Source: a virus. Taken from it: a stretch of DNA of 64,000 nucleotides. The stretch is from IMG/VR virus record IMGVR_UViG_3300045988_173816, positions 1-64,000 of that record; one strand, written 5' to 3'. Each line of letters opens with the position of its first letter. Positions within the stretch are counted from its first letter, which is position 1. Of this stretch, positions 43,252-53,286 are shown piece by piece. Both the position numbers and the translations under genes were made by a program. Below the pieces are notes generated by a model. The model worked only from the letters and a program-made list of their open reading frames with translations. It searched no databases and was not told where the DNA came from.

Positions 43252-43914
43252 TTGGTTTCAGAAACATTCGCAAATCGTCTTGGTGCAATTAAACAAGATT
43301 ACTCCTTAAAAGAGGATAGACTTAGAAAGCGCCAAGATGATATTGCACAACTAGAAGATTTGCGTACTCTCTATTTGAATAGAGCGAAAGCCTTGCAATA
43401 CGTTGTTATGTTAAGTAATGATGGTACAAAAGGTTTGCGTGACTATATGGAGGGTATCATTAACCGAGCTTTGGCTTTGGTCTTTGGAGAAAATGTCTAT
43501 AAGTTCTCCTTGATTTCTGATTTGAAAGCTCAGAAAGTTCACTTGAACTTATTGGAGTTTAAGAACGGTCAGTGGAACGAACTAGTGATTGGTAAACAAA
43601 CTGGTGATGGTATGGGTCAAATCATTGCCTTTCTGTTCTCTGTAGTATTGACTGAGATTACAAATCACCGTATGTTGTTTGTAGTAGACGAGTTGATGGG
43701 TGGTCTTCACGAAAAGGCAGTAGAATTGGTACAACGTTGTATTGCTGAGTTTGAAGGTCATGGTGGTCAGTTTGCTATGATTGAGTACACCTTTGAGGGC
43801 TTTGGTAAAGAGTTGATGTTGGCTTTCGACAACAAGAAAGAGCGTACTAACATTGTGGATTCGAGAGAATATCCATTGTTACCGGAAGAAAAAGAAAGCA
43901 CAGTTGTTGCTTAG
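43252..43914 (+). CDS. Rad50/SbcC-like ATPase, C-terminal half (signature-like motif, Walker B)
   Basis: N-terminal coiled coil, GKQTGDGMGQIIAFLFSVVL, then MLFVVDELMGGLH; TTG start behind RBS AAAGGAGG. Confidence 0.5.
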   Translation: MVSETFANRLGAIKQDYSLKEDRLRKRQDDIAQLEDLRTLYLNRAKALQYVVMLSNDGTKGLRDYMEGIINRALALVFGENVYKFSLISDLKAQKVHLNLLEFKNGQWNELVIGKQTGDGMGQIIAFLFSVVLTEITNHRMLFVVDELMGGLHEKAVELVQRCIAEFEGHGGQFAMIEYTFEGFGKELMLAFDNKKERTNIVDSREYPLLPEEKESTVVA

Positions 43915-43925
43915 TTATTAAAAAG

Positions 43926-43958
43926 AGAGGATCATCTTTAAGAGGTATCCTCTTTTTT
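43926..43958 (+). terminator. Rho-independent terminator
   Basis: AGAGGAT/ATCCTCT stem followed by T6. Confidence 0.65.
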
Positions 43959-44009
43959 CTTGCTTTTTTAATGTGGTTTTGCTAAACTAGACGAATAAAG
44001 AAACGAAAG

Positions 44010-44222
44010 GTGGTTTGCGCTTTGAACTTAACGGAAAATAGACTTTATAAACACAGGCTGGATTCCAACAAAGTTGTTGTAGTTAAAGAAATAAAACAAG
44101 GTCAAGTCACGTTTCTTCACGCACCTCCAATGAATAGTGACATACAGTGGCTTGTACCTCCGAAACGTGACACTTTGTCTTTAAGTGACTTTAAGTCAAT
44201 TTACCAACTTTTTAAGCATTAA
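44010..44222 (+). CDS. hypothetical protein (about 66-70 aa)
   Basis: ORF track; the TTG at 44022 behind AAAGGTGG is an alternative start. Confidence 0.55.
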   Translation: MVCALNLTENRLYKHRLDSNKVVVVKEIKQGQVTFLHAPPMNSDIQWLVPPKRDTLSLSDFKSIYQLFKH

Positions 44223-44270
44223 AACACTTGCGGTATCTACCTCTGCCAACCAAATCGAAAATGTAACAGA

Positions 44271-44295
44271 GTCGTAATAGAACTTACGACTTTTT
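44271..44295 (+). terminator. Rho-independent terminator followed by an extended -10 (TGTTATAAT at 44297-44305)
   Basis: GTCGTAA-TAGAAC-TTACGAC followed by TTTTT. Confidence 0.6.
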
Positions 44296-44343
44296 CTGTT
44301 ATAATAGAGACTATCAATTGAATGAAAAGGATGAAATTCTCGT

Positions 44344-45603
44344 ATGAAAAAGAAAACCGTATCGACATTATTATTAAGTACAGTTCTATTGAGTCAATTT
44401 TTCACAGTAGTTCCATCAGTTCACGCTGGTGTTTTACAATCGGACACTAATTTAGAAAAACAAACTCAAAAAGTGGAACAGTTGACAGATAAACAATTAG
44501 AAGCTACTAAACAGTTAGATGAAGTTCAAGCTAAAGTAATGGTTTTAGAAACTGAGCAGTCTAATTTAGAGAGTGAAAATGAGCATTTAGAGTCGGTGTC
44601 TAAGACTTTGGAGCAAGATATTGATACTTTATCTAAGAATATTGTGTCAAGACAAAGTTCGTTAGAGGAACAAGCTAGAAGTGCTCAAACAAAAGGTACT
44701 GCGCTTGATTATGTGAATGCAGTTATCAATTCTAAATCTATTTCTGATGCTATTTCTAAAGTTTCTGCTATGAGTCAGATTGTAGAAGCTAGTAACAAGA
44801 TGTTAACTGAGCAGAAGAAGGATAAGGAAGCTATTTTAGCGAAGCAAGAAGAAAACAATAACGCTATTAACACAGTTATTGCAAATAAAGAGAAATTACA
44901 AGATGATGCACAGTCTTTAAATGCTCGCAAAGCAGAGTTAGAAGTAGCGAAGTTAAATTTGGAAGTTGAAAAGAATGAAGCAGAAGATAAGAAAGCTGAA
45001 CTATTAGCACAGAAAGAAGAGTTGGAGCGTAAAGCTACACAAGCTTTGGAAGAAGAAAAAGCATATTTAGCTCAAAAAGAGAGTGAAAAAGCAGTAGTTA
45101 CTAACTCTGCCAACACTTCTTTAGAAAAAGAGGTTTCAGCGGTATCAGCACCGTCTGCACCAATTACCTCAGAAGAAGAAGTAACTTCAAGCTCTGAACC
45201 TCAAGAAGAACTTTCAACACCAGCAGTAACTACAACTGTTACTACAACAAGTCATCCTAAGTACAATACAGACGCTTCAAGTTACCCAATGGGAGAGTGT
45301 ACTTGGGGAGCTAAGACATTAGCACCTTGGGCTGGAGACTATTGGGGTAATGGAGCGCAGTGGGCGACAAGTGCTACCGCCGCAGGATTTAGAACAGGTT
45401 CAACTCCACAAGTCGGTGCGATTGCTTGTTGGAACGATGGTGCTTATGGTCACGTGGCAGTTGTAACTGCGGTTGAGTCTAATACTCGTATTCAAGTTTC
45501 TGAGTCTAACGTTGGTGGAAAACGTTACATTGGCAACCACCGTGGCTGGTTTAACCCAACTACAACTTCAGAAGGATTCGTAACTTACATTTATCAAAAC
45601 TAA
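44344..45603 (+). CDS. Secreted PcsB/GbpB-like protein: signal peptide, coiled coil, C-terminal CHAP amidase/peptidase domain
   Basis: [29 protein letters not shown], a long heptad region, then [24 protein letters not shown]...[13 protein letters not shown] (CHAP Cys and His). Confidence 0.8.
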   Translation: MKKKTVSTLLLSTVLLSQFFTVVPSVHAGVLQSDTNLEKQTQKVEQLTDKQLEATKQLDEVQAKVMVLETEQSNLESENEHLESVSKTLEQDIDTLSKNIVSRQSSLEEQARSAQTKGTALDYVNAVINSKSISDAISKVSAMSQIVEASNKMLTEQKKDKEAILAKQEENNNAINTVIANKEKLQDDAQSLNARKAELEVAKLNLEVEKNEAEDKKAELLAQKEELERKATQALEEEKAYLAQKESEKAVVTNSANTSLEKEVSAVSAPSAPITSEEEVTSSSEPQEELSTPAVTTTVTTTSHPKYNTDASSYPMGECTWGAKTLAPWAGDYWGNGAQWATSATAAGFRTGSTPQVGAIACWNDGAYGHVAVVTAVESNTRIQVSESNVGGKRYIGNHRGWFNPTTTSEGFVTYIYQN

Positions 45604-45619
45604 GAAAATAGTAAATTTT

Positions 45620-45650
45620 ATCCAGTATGTGAGGGCATGCTGGATTTTTT
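45620..45650 (+). terminator. Rho-independent terminator
   Basis: ATCCAG/CTGGAT stem followed by T6. Confidence 0.6.
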
Positions 45651-45682
45651 CGTGTTCTCGTTTGGATAGTAAGTAGAAAATC

Positions 45683-47941
45683 TTGAAAGTTGAGATAAAA
45701 CAAATGTTTGAACTACTAAAAGGTTCCCAACCTGTTTCAACTCAAAACCAACAAGGTCAAGGAGTTGTACAAGGTAAAGTAACCAATAAATACGTTGAAA
45801 ATTTTGAAAGGCTCTTGTGTGCAGGAGCATATAAACAGTTAAAAGAGAGAAAAGACAAGGGAATTACTGAGGGTATCATTTCCAAGTTCTCGCCTAACAA
45901 TGTGCGTAGAGTTGTTCTTGGGTTAGATGGTATTTACGTTCAGTTTTATGTTTCCCCGGTTAATTTTAAGGCAAAGGAGCAGTTCGTACCAATTACCTTT
46001 ACAGAGCAGTTAGGTACAGAATTATCAGCAGAAAGCAAGTCTACTCCAATTACTAAAGTGTTGAGAGGTGACAGTCGCTCTCTCTTTGGTTCACGTGTCT
46101 TCTCTAGTGTTGAAGAGATTATTATCTTGAGCAGTAGTCCAGAAGTTCAAGGGTATCTTTTAGACAACCACGGTCTCGATTGGTTCTTAGACCCAAGTAG
46201 AAAACAAACTGTGGAGTCTTCCTTTAAGCGATTGAGAGCAGTTGGTTTAGTGGAAGATAGTGTGACTTGTAAAGAGTTTGTCGAAAGTCATAGAGAACAA
46301 ATCAATGATCCGTATGGTTTAATTTTGAGAGACACCGAATTGAACTATGTTGGTGCTTTGTTCAATGATGATTTGTATTATACCCACACGGCTCTTCGTC
46401 CTCAATATTATGAGATGGATGAAGAAGGTGGCGCTCTGTGGAATTATTTCCAAGAGGTTAAGAAAGGTTCTCCAAGTAGAGCAAAGGCTTCAACTACGGA
46501 TAGTAAAGAGATTGGTAAAGGGTTCTTAAAAGAAACCGACTTAACCTTAGTAAACAATTTCTTAGGTTTAGTACATGTGCTAGAGGGGTATCAACAAGAT
46601 ATTTCGGCTGATTTTCCAACTTTAAAGGAGACTTTAGAAGTAGGAGAGCATAATAAAGCTCTAGCAAAAGAGTATGTAAACTCTATGGTTGCTTTTGTAA
46701 AAGAGCATCGAGATATTACTTCTTATCCAACTCCAAAAGTAGCTATTACAACTGATACAACTTATTTAAGAGCAGTTTCTGTCGCTAATTACCTCTTGAA
46801 GAACAAAGACAAGGTGGGGTTAAGTAAAGGTGTGGATTCAGTATTTGTAGGGTATCTCACTGCGCTCACCACTTGCTTGGAGTTGGCTTTAGAACATATC
46901 ACCTTTGACTTTATGAGTTCAGAGTTTGTTTCAAGTTATAAGAGTGGGTTAGAGTTGTATTTTAGCAACTTATCTGATGAAAGAGAAGAAACAGAAGAAC
47001 CTTTGGAAACAGAAGAAGAGGTCTCAGAAGAACCAACCGAAGAAGACAACATTATTGAGAAGTACCAAGGACTTTATGATAAATTAGATAGTTTCGGTTT
47101 TGATTTAGAGGGTGTAGACTTTAAACCTTTAGAGAGAGAAATTACTTTAGAGGGTGTAGATTTCTTACCAGAGAGTGTGTTAGACACAGTAGGAGAAGTT
47201 TCTCCTTTATTTGCAGTAATCAGTTGGTTGTCTATGAACTCGGTTTACTCTTTCGATACATTCTTTAACGAAAAAGATTTCTTCCAACTAGCTTGTTCTT
47301 TAAAAGACCTTGATTTATCAGATGAAGAAGCACTTAAACTAGCAAGTTTCGGTATCTTTGGTTTAGAGTCAGATTCTGTATTTGAGGGTTACAATGATTT
47401 TATTGATAAGAACTCTAAGTTAAAAGAGCAGTTCGGAGAGTTTGATAGTTACTTCGTAAATGAGGGTAAAGGCTCAGAGTTTAAACAAATTAGACCGTCC
47501 TTTAAAGAGTTTGCAGAGCGTTTTGCTAATGAAGTCTCAGTTGAATTACTGACTGCTCCTAACTATTTAGCAGTAGATGTCTTACGTTCTGCTTATGGTT
47601 TCAATGCTTGGGGTGTTCCATTACCTAAAGTTTCTCAACTACCTAAATTGAGTAAACTTCTGACTGATTTGGTAAACACCACACGGGTATCCTATCGTTT
47701 CCGTCGAGATTTTGAGAAGTTTGAAAAAGAGTTTGGAGCTGATGTTATTAGTCGTTTGAGTAGTAAACACTTAACAAAAGAGGGTGATTTCCTAAGTTGT
47801 ACTATTGACCCTAATACTTTTGTGAAGGTAGTAAGTAGCATTTTCAGTTATTATCCGCCTAGCGAAGTAAGAGACATTAGTGGAGTCTTCCAAAAAGCAT
47901 TAGAATTAGTAGAGAAGAAAGAAGGTGATGAGCGTGAGTAA
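45683..47941 (+). CDS. large hypothetical protein (about 750 aa) with an acidic linker
   Basis: ORF track; the start could be the ATG at 45704. Confidence 0.65.
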   Translation: MKVEIKQMFELLKGSQPVSTQNQQGQGVVQGKVTNKYVENFERLLCAGAYKQLKERKDKGITEGIISKFSPNNVRRVVLGLDGIYVQFYVSPVNFKAKEQFVPITFTEQLGTELSAESKSTPITKVLRGDSRSLFGSRVFSSVEEIIILSSSPEVQGYLLDNHGLDWFLDPSRKQTVESSFKRLRAVGLVEDSVTCKEFVESHREQINDPYGLILRDTELNYVGALFNDDLYYTHTALRPQYYEMDEEGGALWNYFQEVKKGSPSRAKASTTDSKEIGKGFLKETDLTLVNNFLGLVHVLEGYQQDISADFPTLKETLEVGEHNKALAKEYVNSMVAFVKEHRDITSYPTPKVAITTDTTYLRAVSVANYLLKNKDKVGLSKGVDSVFVGYLTALTTCLELALEHITFDFMSSEFVSSYKSGLELYFSNLSDEREETEEPLETEEEVSEEPTEEDNIIEKYQGLYDKLDSFGFDLEGVDFKPLEREITLEGVDFLPESVLDTVGEVSPLFAVISWLSMNSVYSFDTFFNEKDFFQLACSLKDLDLSDEEALKLASFGIFGLESDSVFEGYNDFIDKNSKLKEQFGEFDSYFVNEGKGSEFKQIRPSFKEFAERFANEVSVELLTAPNYLAVDVLRSAYGFNAWGVPLPKVSQLPKLSKLLTDLVNTTRVSYRFRRDFEKFEKEFGADVISRLSSKHLTKEGDFLSCTIDPNTFVKVVSSIFSYYPPSEVRDISGVFQKALELVEKKEGDERE

Positions 47942-50900
47942 AGTACAAGATCAGATGGAGAAAATCTCAAATCAGCTTGGGCTTGGTTTGGATAATCAAC
48001 AGATTGTAGATGTAGTTTATAGTTCAGTTGAGGAACTAGTAGAGAATGGACTTGAAGGTTCAGATGAGGTCGTTTATTTCTATGCTACTTGTATGTTAGC
48101 TTGCGCCTTCGGTCAGCTTTCTTTAGATAGAAAAGAGAGTGGCTTTACTTTTGGGTTCAGTGATTTAAAACCAATTTACACTCAATTAGAGTCAGAATTG
48201 GCAGTCCATTCCGTTGAAAACCAACTAAAAAACCAACTAGCGGTATCCGACTTGCGTTCAACTTCTTTGAGAGAATTGAAAGCAGAGCAATTAGAATACT
48301 TCTTAATTGATGATATTGCAACTGTTTCAAAGGCTTTAGATTTAGAGTTTGACCCTACTTCGGTATCTACCGAGGTCAAAGATAGCTTGGTTTCTGTAGA
48401 AGATGAGACCTTTGCACGAAAGATTAAAGCTTTAAAATCTTCAAGTAAATTGAACGCTGATGTTGTGTCTTTAGTTGATTCTTTACTTGATATTTATGAT
48501 TTTGCCTTTGAAGCAGGTTATGAGCTAGATAAATACGAAGGGGTTGTAGTTGGTTTACCAGATTTGCCTATGGTTATTATCCAAGGAGAGCAAGCAGTTC
48601 AACCAAATTATACTGCATCTTATTATGCAGGGGAAGCGATGTTTTCTCCTCTTCGTTCTATTTCTGTAAATACTTCAAGACAAGTGGATTTAAAAGAAAT
48701 TGTAGAGTCAAGCAAACCGATTTATTACCCTTACAAGATGTTAGAGTTTGCATTAAGTCGTAAAGTAACTGTTCAAAAAGATGATTTGAACTTTCCTTCA
48801 GTTCCTATGAAGTGGAAAGGTTCAGACGGTCAACGTGAAGCGATTAAAGATTACTTAACAAAGAGAGCTTGGGAATATTTAGTTTTAGTTTGTGATACTT
48901 ACCAAGATGGGTATTTTTGGTCTGATAAGGTTGCTTATTTTGGGAAAGGCGCAACAAGACCGATTACTCCAACAGATAACCAAGTATTTAAAGAGTATTT
49001 AGCTAAATTTAAAGCGACTTTCTCAACATTTTCTATATTGAAAAACCACGTTGGCATGATGGAAGATGAGAAATGGGCTTCCGCCGAGTGGGTGGTATCA
49101 GCTCCAATTTCTGAACTTCAAAACAGCGAATTTAATCATAGTAGTGCTTTATACACTGATGTATTTGAATATGGTGGTGACTTTGAAGTTCCTTTGGTGA
49201 GAGATTTTAAAGATGTTCGTGTAAGTCACTACACCCACATTGCTAAACCAGAAATTGCCGAGAGCGAACCTTTGTTTGCATATAAGGCTTTAGAGTCCTT
49301 ACAACGTAAAGGTGAGAAACTAACTTATGGCTACCAGTTATTGGGTAAAGGTCTTGATGGTCGTATTCTAACTGCTTCAAACGATATGACTGCAGCAGTA
49401 AATGCTGGAGCTAAGTTAGTTCTCACTTATTGGGCTGGTTCTCGCTCGGGTAAAGGAGTCTCCATTTCAAACGGTCTAGCGGTATCGATTGCGAATGGTC
49501 GTCCAGTGTTTGGTGGTGATGGTAAACCAGACACAATGGTTCCTTACTATATTGCCTTTGGTGGAGCTGATGAAAACGGTATTCCTAAAGGTTATTTCAT
49601 TCAAGCGGGTGTTTTCAATAAATCTGCTATGCCAGTAGTCAATAACATTTCTGAGCAGTTGGATTGGGATAATAACTCTACTATCATGGGTTGGTTCGAT
49701 AAATCTATTCCTAAATGGTTTAGTGGTGTAAGTAGTTCTCAAAAGCGCTACACAGGTGCTTGGGGAGATATGGCTTTCTATCGCCACATGTTGCTTGTTA
49801 TGGGTATTGTTTCACTTCGTGCTACGGTTAAAGCTAGTGACGTTGCTCTTTACGAAAAACTTGGAGGTGATGAAGGTATCCTCGGAATTTTTGATGAGGT
49901 AACAAACTGGTCGAATTTGTTTGGGTCTAAGGCTCTCAGCTCGAATGGTGGTTGGTTCCAAAGCATCATGTCTGACCCAGAACTTGAAGAATTTGTGGAT
50001 TTAGGTCAAAATTACTTAGGTGGTTTACTGAAAGAACAAGCAACTCGCAAATTTGAACGTACTTTAGATGATAAAGCAGGTGAGCTGAGAAACAGAGCAT
50101 ACTTACGAGATTTGTACGATAAGCTTGATGAAAGCATGCAACTGTTGAACAAGCTGAAAAAAGCAGGTTTCCAAAACGAGGAGAGCTTGCGCTCAAGTAT
50201 TTACTTAGTAGGTCAAAGTTTCAACATGGGTGGTTTTGATAAACTTCCTAGAAACAAAGGGAATGATGCATCCTCATTTAAAGCAGCTTGTGATTATAAG
50301 AACGGTGTAGTAGATCCTTGGTTGTATACTCTTTTAAATTTGGACACTGGGTTTATGGTTGGGTACAAAGGTACTGAAAAATCTCAGTATTGGTCTAGCC
50401 AAAACGGGTCAGATTCCAAGCGGTATCTCACTTCAAGTTCTCGAAGGTTTGCTTATTTTGGTAGTGTGGATTTCCCAACCATTCGAGATGAAAACCCTCA
50501 AAATAAAGGGTTGGCTCGCTCTGTAAATTCTCAAATGGAAGGTGGAGCAGTCTACTTTAAACCTTATTTGATTTTAGGTGACTCCCAAGGTTCCTGTGTC
50601 ACTCAGTTGGAGAAGAACTTAGGAAGTAAAGCTGAGTCTATCAAGTCTCGTAATTCAAACCCTAACAATCCTAATGAGTGGGATGAAAGAATTGGTGTTC
50701 TAGGGTATCTGAAGGCTCTCGGTTCTAGTGATATTAGTAAGTCTTTTGTCCGAGCTAGAGAGATTGCTGATTTGGTTGTAGCTCAAATGGGTTATGAGGG
50801 TTCTTACTTGGAGTTTCTTTTAGACCTAAGACCTGAGTGGAATTTCTCTTGTGAAGATGTCGTTATGGCTTTCACAAACCAAGACGCTTATTTAGCTAAG

Positions 50901-52181
50901 AAAAAAGAGACTATTTACTACAAAGTGGATTCATTGTTAACTGAATTGGTTGAGTTTAAACAAAGTGGTGGAGCTACAGAAGGTAGTGATTTAACTACAT
51001 CAAACACAGTAGACCTCCGCCCAGAGTTTGCAACTAAAGAGATAAAAGCAGATGAAGTAGAAGAACCAACCTCTCTTTCTGAGGAAGAAGACACTTCCCA
51101 CTTCTCAAACCTCCATGAAGAAATTACCTCAGAACCTACCTCAGAGTTCCCAGTTTCGTCTGAGAGCGACTTAAATCAGTCAGTCGATAATTTAGAGGGT
51201 GAACCTCAAAAATGGACTAGAGAGCAATCTGAACCTTCTGAGAGCGTACAGGGGAAAATACCTAATGTAGCTGACTCTGTAAATGTTGCTTCTGCTTTAG
51301 CGAGTCAGCTAGGGGTATCCGAATCGACACTTATGTCCGTTTTGCAGTCTGCTTTTGGTTTACAAGGTTCTAGCATTCCTAAAGTAGACACGATTGTGTC
51401 TACTGAAGAATTAAACGATAGAACGACAATGAGTCGAGTTGCTGCAAATAAAGCAGATGAAAGCAAGTTGCTCATTCAAAACGACCAAGACTTGAGAGAA
51501 TACTTGTTAGAAGACATTTACACTTACTTTGGAGATTGGAGTCGCGTTCGTAAGATTGAAATTATTGGTCGTCAGTTGTACTTCAATGGTTTGCTTTATG
51601 AACCAGAGAAAGAGGGTATCCAATTTAGCCCAGAAGTTTCTCCATATTCTATTTCCTTGTGGGATAGTGATGGGTTTGGGGAATTGTTTGATTGGAAATT
51701 GATTAGACAGTATTTAAATCCAACTTCTTTGGTATTTGACTCTATGGATTATGCTTATAGAGAGTTTGACCTTATGGAGTCAAGTAGTTCTAAAGCAGTT
51801 GTAGAAACTGCGTTTAAGCGTTATTCTATGTTGCAAGACTTACAAGTAGGTACATATACTTTTACAAGAGCAGAAGTTGAGGAAATGATACTTGAAAGAC
51901 AACCATTCCTATCAAGTTATGACCGCAGACAACAAGTTTTCCGTAGAGGAAATAGCAAAGGTAAGTCTTTCCGTCAAAAACGTTGGCAGAAAGCAAGAGA
52001 ACACATGGCTGAGGGGCATACAGGTCGAGCAGTAGCTTCGGCTTTAGGTGCTGGTCTTGGGGTTGGTTTCCAAGGAGCAAGTCATGTAGGTGGTTTCTTC
52101 AATAAGGCAGCTAGGGTATTCCGCCAAGCAGGTTCTTCTGTTGCTGAGAATTGGAAGGAAGCCGATAAGTCGAAACACTAA
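47928..52181 (+). CDS. giant protein (about 1417 aa) with a P-loop-like motif and Gly/Ala-rich basic C-terminus
   Basis: YWAGSRSGKGVS (Walker-A-like), ILGIFDEVTNW (Walker-B-like), C-term GRAVASALGAGLGVGFQGASHVGGFF; overlaps the upstream ORF end. Confidence 0.65.
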   Translation: MSVSKVQDQMEKISNQLGLGLDNQQIVDVVYSSVEELVENGLEGSDEVVYFYATCMLACAFGQLSLDRKESGFTFGFSDLKPIYTQLESELAVHSVENQLKNQLAVSDLRSTSLRELKAEQLEYFLIDDIATVSKALDLEFDPTSVSTEVKDSLVSVEDETFARKIKALKSSSKLNADVVSLVDSLLDIYDFAFEAGYELDKYEGVVVGLPDLPMVIIQGEQAVQPNYTASYYAGEAMFSPLRSISVNTSRQVDLKEIVESSKPIYYPYKMLEFALSRKVTVQKDDLNFPSVPMKWKGSDGQREAIKDYLTKRAWEYLVLVCDTYQDGYFWSDKVAYFGKGATRPITPTDNQVFKEYLAKFKATFSTFSILKNHVGMMEDEKWASAEWVVSAPISELQNSEFNHSSALYTDVFEYGGDFEVPLVRDFKDVRVSHYTHIAKPEIAESEPLFAYKALESLQRKGEKLTYGYQLLGKGLDGRILTASNDMTAAVNAGAKLVLTYWAGSRSGKGVSISNGLAVSIANGRPVFGGDGKPDTMVPYYIAFGGADENGIPKGYFIQAGVFNKSAMPVVNNISEQLDWDNNSTIMGWFDKSIPKWFSGVSSSQKRYTGAWGDMAFYRHMLLVMGIVSLRATVKASDVALYEKLGGDEGILGIFDEVTNWSNLFGSKALSSNGGWFQSIMSDPELEEFVDLGQNYLGGLLKEQATRKFERTLDDKAGELRNRAYLRDLYDKLDESMQLLNKLKKAGFQNEESLRSSIYLVGQSFNMGGFDKLPRNKGNDASSFKAACDYKNGVVDPWLYTLLNLDTGFMVGYKGTEKSQYWSSQNGSDSKRYLTSSSRRFAYFGSVDFPTIRDENPQNKGLARSVNSQMEGGAVYFKPYLILGDSQGSCVTQLEKNLGSKAESIKSRNSNPNNPNEWDERIGVLGYLKALGSSDISKSFVRAREIADLVVAQMGYEGSYLEFLLDLRPEWNFSCEDVVMAFTNQDAYLAKKKETIYYKVDSLLTELVEFKQSGGATEGSDLTTSNTVDLRPEFATKEIKADEVEEPTSLSEEEDTSHFSNLHEEITSEPTSEFPVSSESDLNQSVDNLEGEPQKWTREQSEPSESVQGKIPNVADSVNVASALASQLGVSESTLMSVLQSAFGLQGSSIPKVDTIVSTEELNDRTTMSRVAANKADESKLLIQNDQDLREYLLEDIYTYFGDWSRVRKIEIIGRQLYFNGLLYEPEKEGIQFSPEVSPYSISLWDSDGFGELFDWKLIRQYLNPTSLVFDSMDYAYREFDLMESSSSKAVVETAFKRYSMLQDLQVGTYTFTRAEVEEMILERQPFLSSYDRRQQVFRRGNSKGKSFRQKRWQKAREHMAEGHTGRAVASALGAGLGVGFQGASHVGGFFNKAARVFRQAGSSVAENWKEADKSKH

Positions 52182-52189
52182 GAGATGAA

Positions 52190-52216
52190 AGAGAACTTAG
52201 GTTCTCTTTTGTTTTT
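52190..52216 (+). terminator. Rho-independent terminator
   Basis: GAGAAC-TTAG-GTTCTC followed by TTTTGTTTTT. Confidence 0.7.
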
Positions 52217-52218
52217 CC

Positions 52219-52247
52219 TTGACAATAGCATAGAATTTTGATATAAT
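52219..52247 (+). promoter_or_regulatory. sigma-70-type promoter
   Basis: TTGACA, 17 nt, TGATATAAT. Confidence 0.75.
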
Positions 52248-52278
52248 AAAAGAAAATAAAAGCAAAAGGATTAAAAAG

Positions 52279-52515
52279 ATGAAAGAACTAAGAGAGCGAG
52301 TTGAACTTAACACTGAAACACTTCCTATGTTGTTAAGTAAGTAGTATCGATTTCAAAATCAAGTCCTTGTAAAACTTGAAGGGGGAGTTATTTTAGAGAT
52401 GCTTGAGCTTGTTGACTTAAATGACTTTTTAGTTACCAAAGGGTATCCTTATGTAACTGTGGTTTCCAAAAGCTACGGTTATGAGTTAGAAGTTCCAACT
52501 TCGATAGAAAGATAG
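52279..52515 (+). CDS. small ORF(s): 21 codons, an in-frame TAG (52342), then 56 more open codons
   Basis: MKELRERVELNTETLPMLLSK*YRFQNQVLVKLEGGVILEMLELVDLNDFLVTKGYPYVTVVSKSYGYELEVPTSIER*; the internal ATG at 52399 is an alternative start. Confidence 0.35.
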
Positions 52516-52522
52516 GCTTGTT

Positions 52523-52978
52523 ATGTTAATTTTAAAATCAGGCATTACAAAAGCTCCCAAACTAAAAGGGGTATCCTTAGTTTCTGCTTGCGGTTTGTCT
52601 TTGCGTTTCTCGTCTAAAGAGAATTTAACTAGAGTGGACTCTTTTATTGAATATAGAGCTTCTGATATTTCTAAGGTTTGTTTGAATAAACCAGAGGCTT
52701 ATTTCCATAATTATGATTTATATGACTTTGCGAAACATCTTGCAATTCTACTAAACAAAGGGGTTCACATTGAGATTTCTGTTCATACTGATGAACTGGT
52801 AAATATAGTTGGTAGAATGATTGGAGATGGGCTTATTTCAGAGGATTTGGTTGAGTTGCAGTTAGAAGTCTCACCTATGGCTTTGGAGGGTCGAGGTGAA
52901 ATTGACCTTATCCACTATGATTCTGAGGGGTATTTGAAAGAGCCTTACGGAGTTGGTTACTTTACGCCTAGATGTTAG
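52523..52978 (+). CDS. hypothetical protein (151 aa)
   Basis: ORF track. Confidence 0.6.
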   Translation: MLILKSGITKAPKLKGVSLVSACGLSLRFSSKENLTRVDSFIEYRASDISKVCLNKPEAYFHNYDLYDFAKHLAILLNKGVHIEISVHTDELVNIVGRMIGDGLISEDLVELQLEVSPMALEGRGEIDLIHYDSEGYLKEPYGVGYFTPRC

Positions 52979-52992
52979 AAAGTGGTGCTATT

Positions 52993-53265
52993 ATGGTTAC
53001 TGTAGAAGAAATTGAACAGTTCGTAGTTGGACAGTTGTACTACACGGATATTCAGAGAGTTCAAAACACTTTGGAAGTAGTTTTCAAGCGAGAAAACGGT
53101 GAGTATGTTGTACTCATAACAGTAGTTGACGGTATTGCCAAGGTAGTTGAGACTTATTTCTCAAGAGAACTTGCTGGGGATATTTCCAAGGTTCGCAGAT
53201 ATAAGTCTTTTAAGCGATTGCAGTCGTTTTTGCGATTGTTTAGTGAAGGTTGCATAACAAAATAA
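52993..53265 (+). CDS. hypothetical protein (90 aa)
   Basis: Start moved to the ATG at 52993 (MVTVEEIEQF). Confidence 0.6.
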   Translation: MVTVEEIEQFVVGQLYYTDIQRVQNTLEVVFKRENGEYVVLITVVDGIAKVVETYFSRELAGDISKVRRYKSFKRLQSFLRLFSEGCITK

Positions 53266-53286
53266 TTAGTAAGGTAGGTAAAAGAA

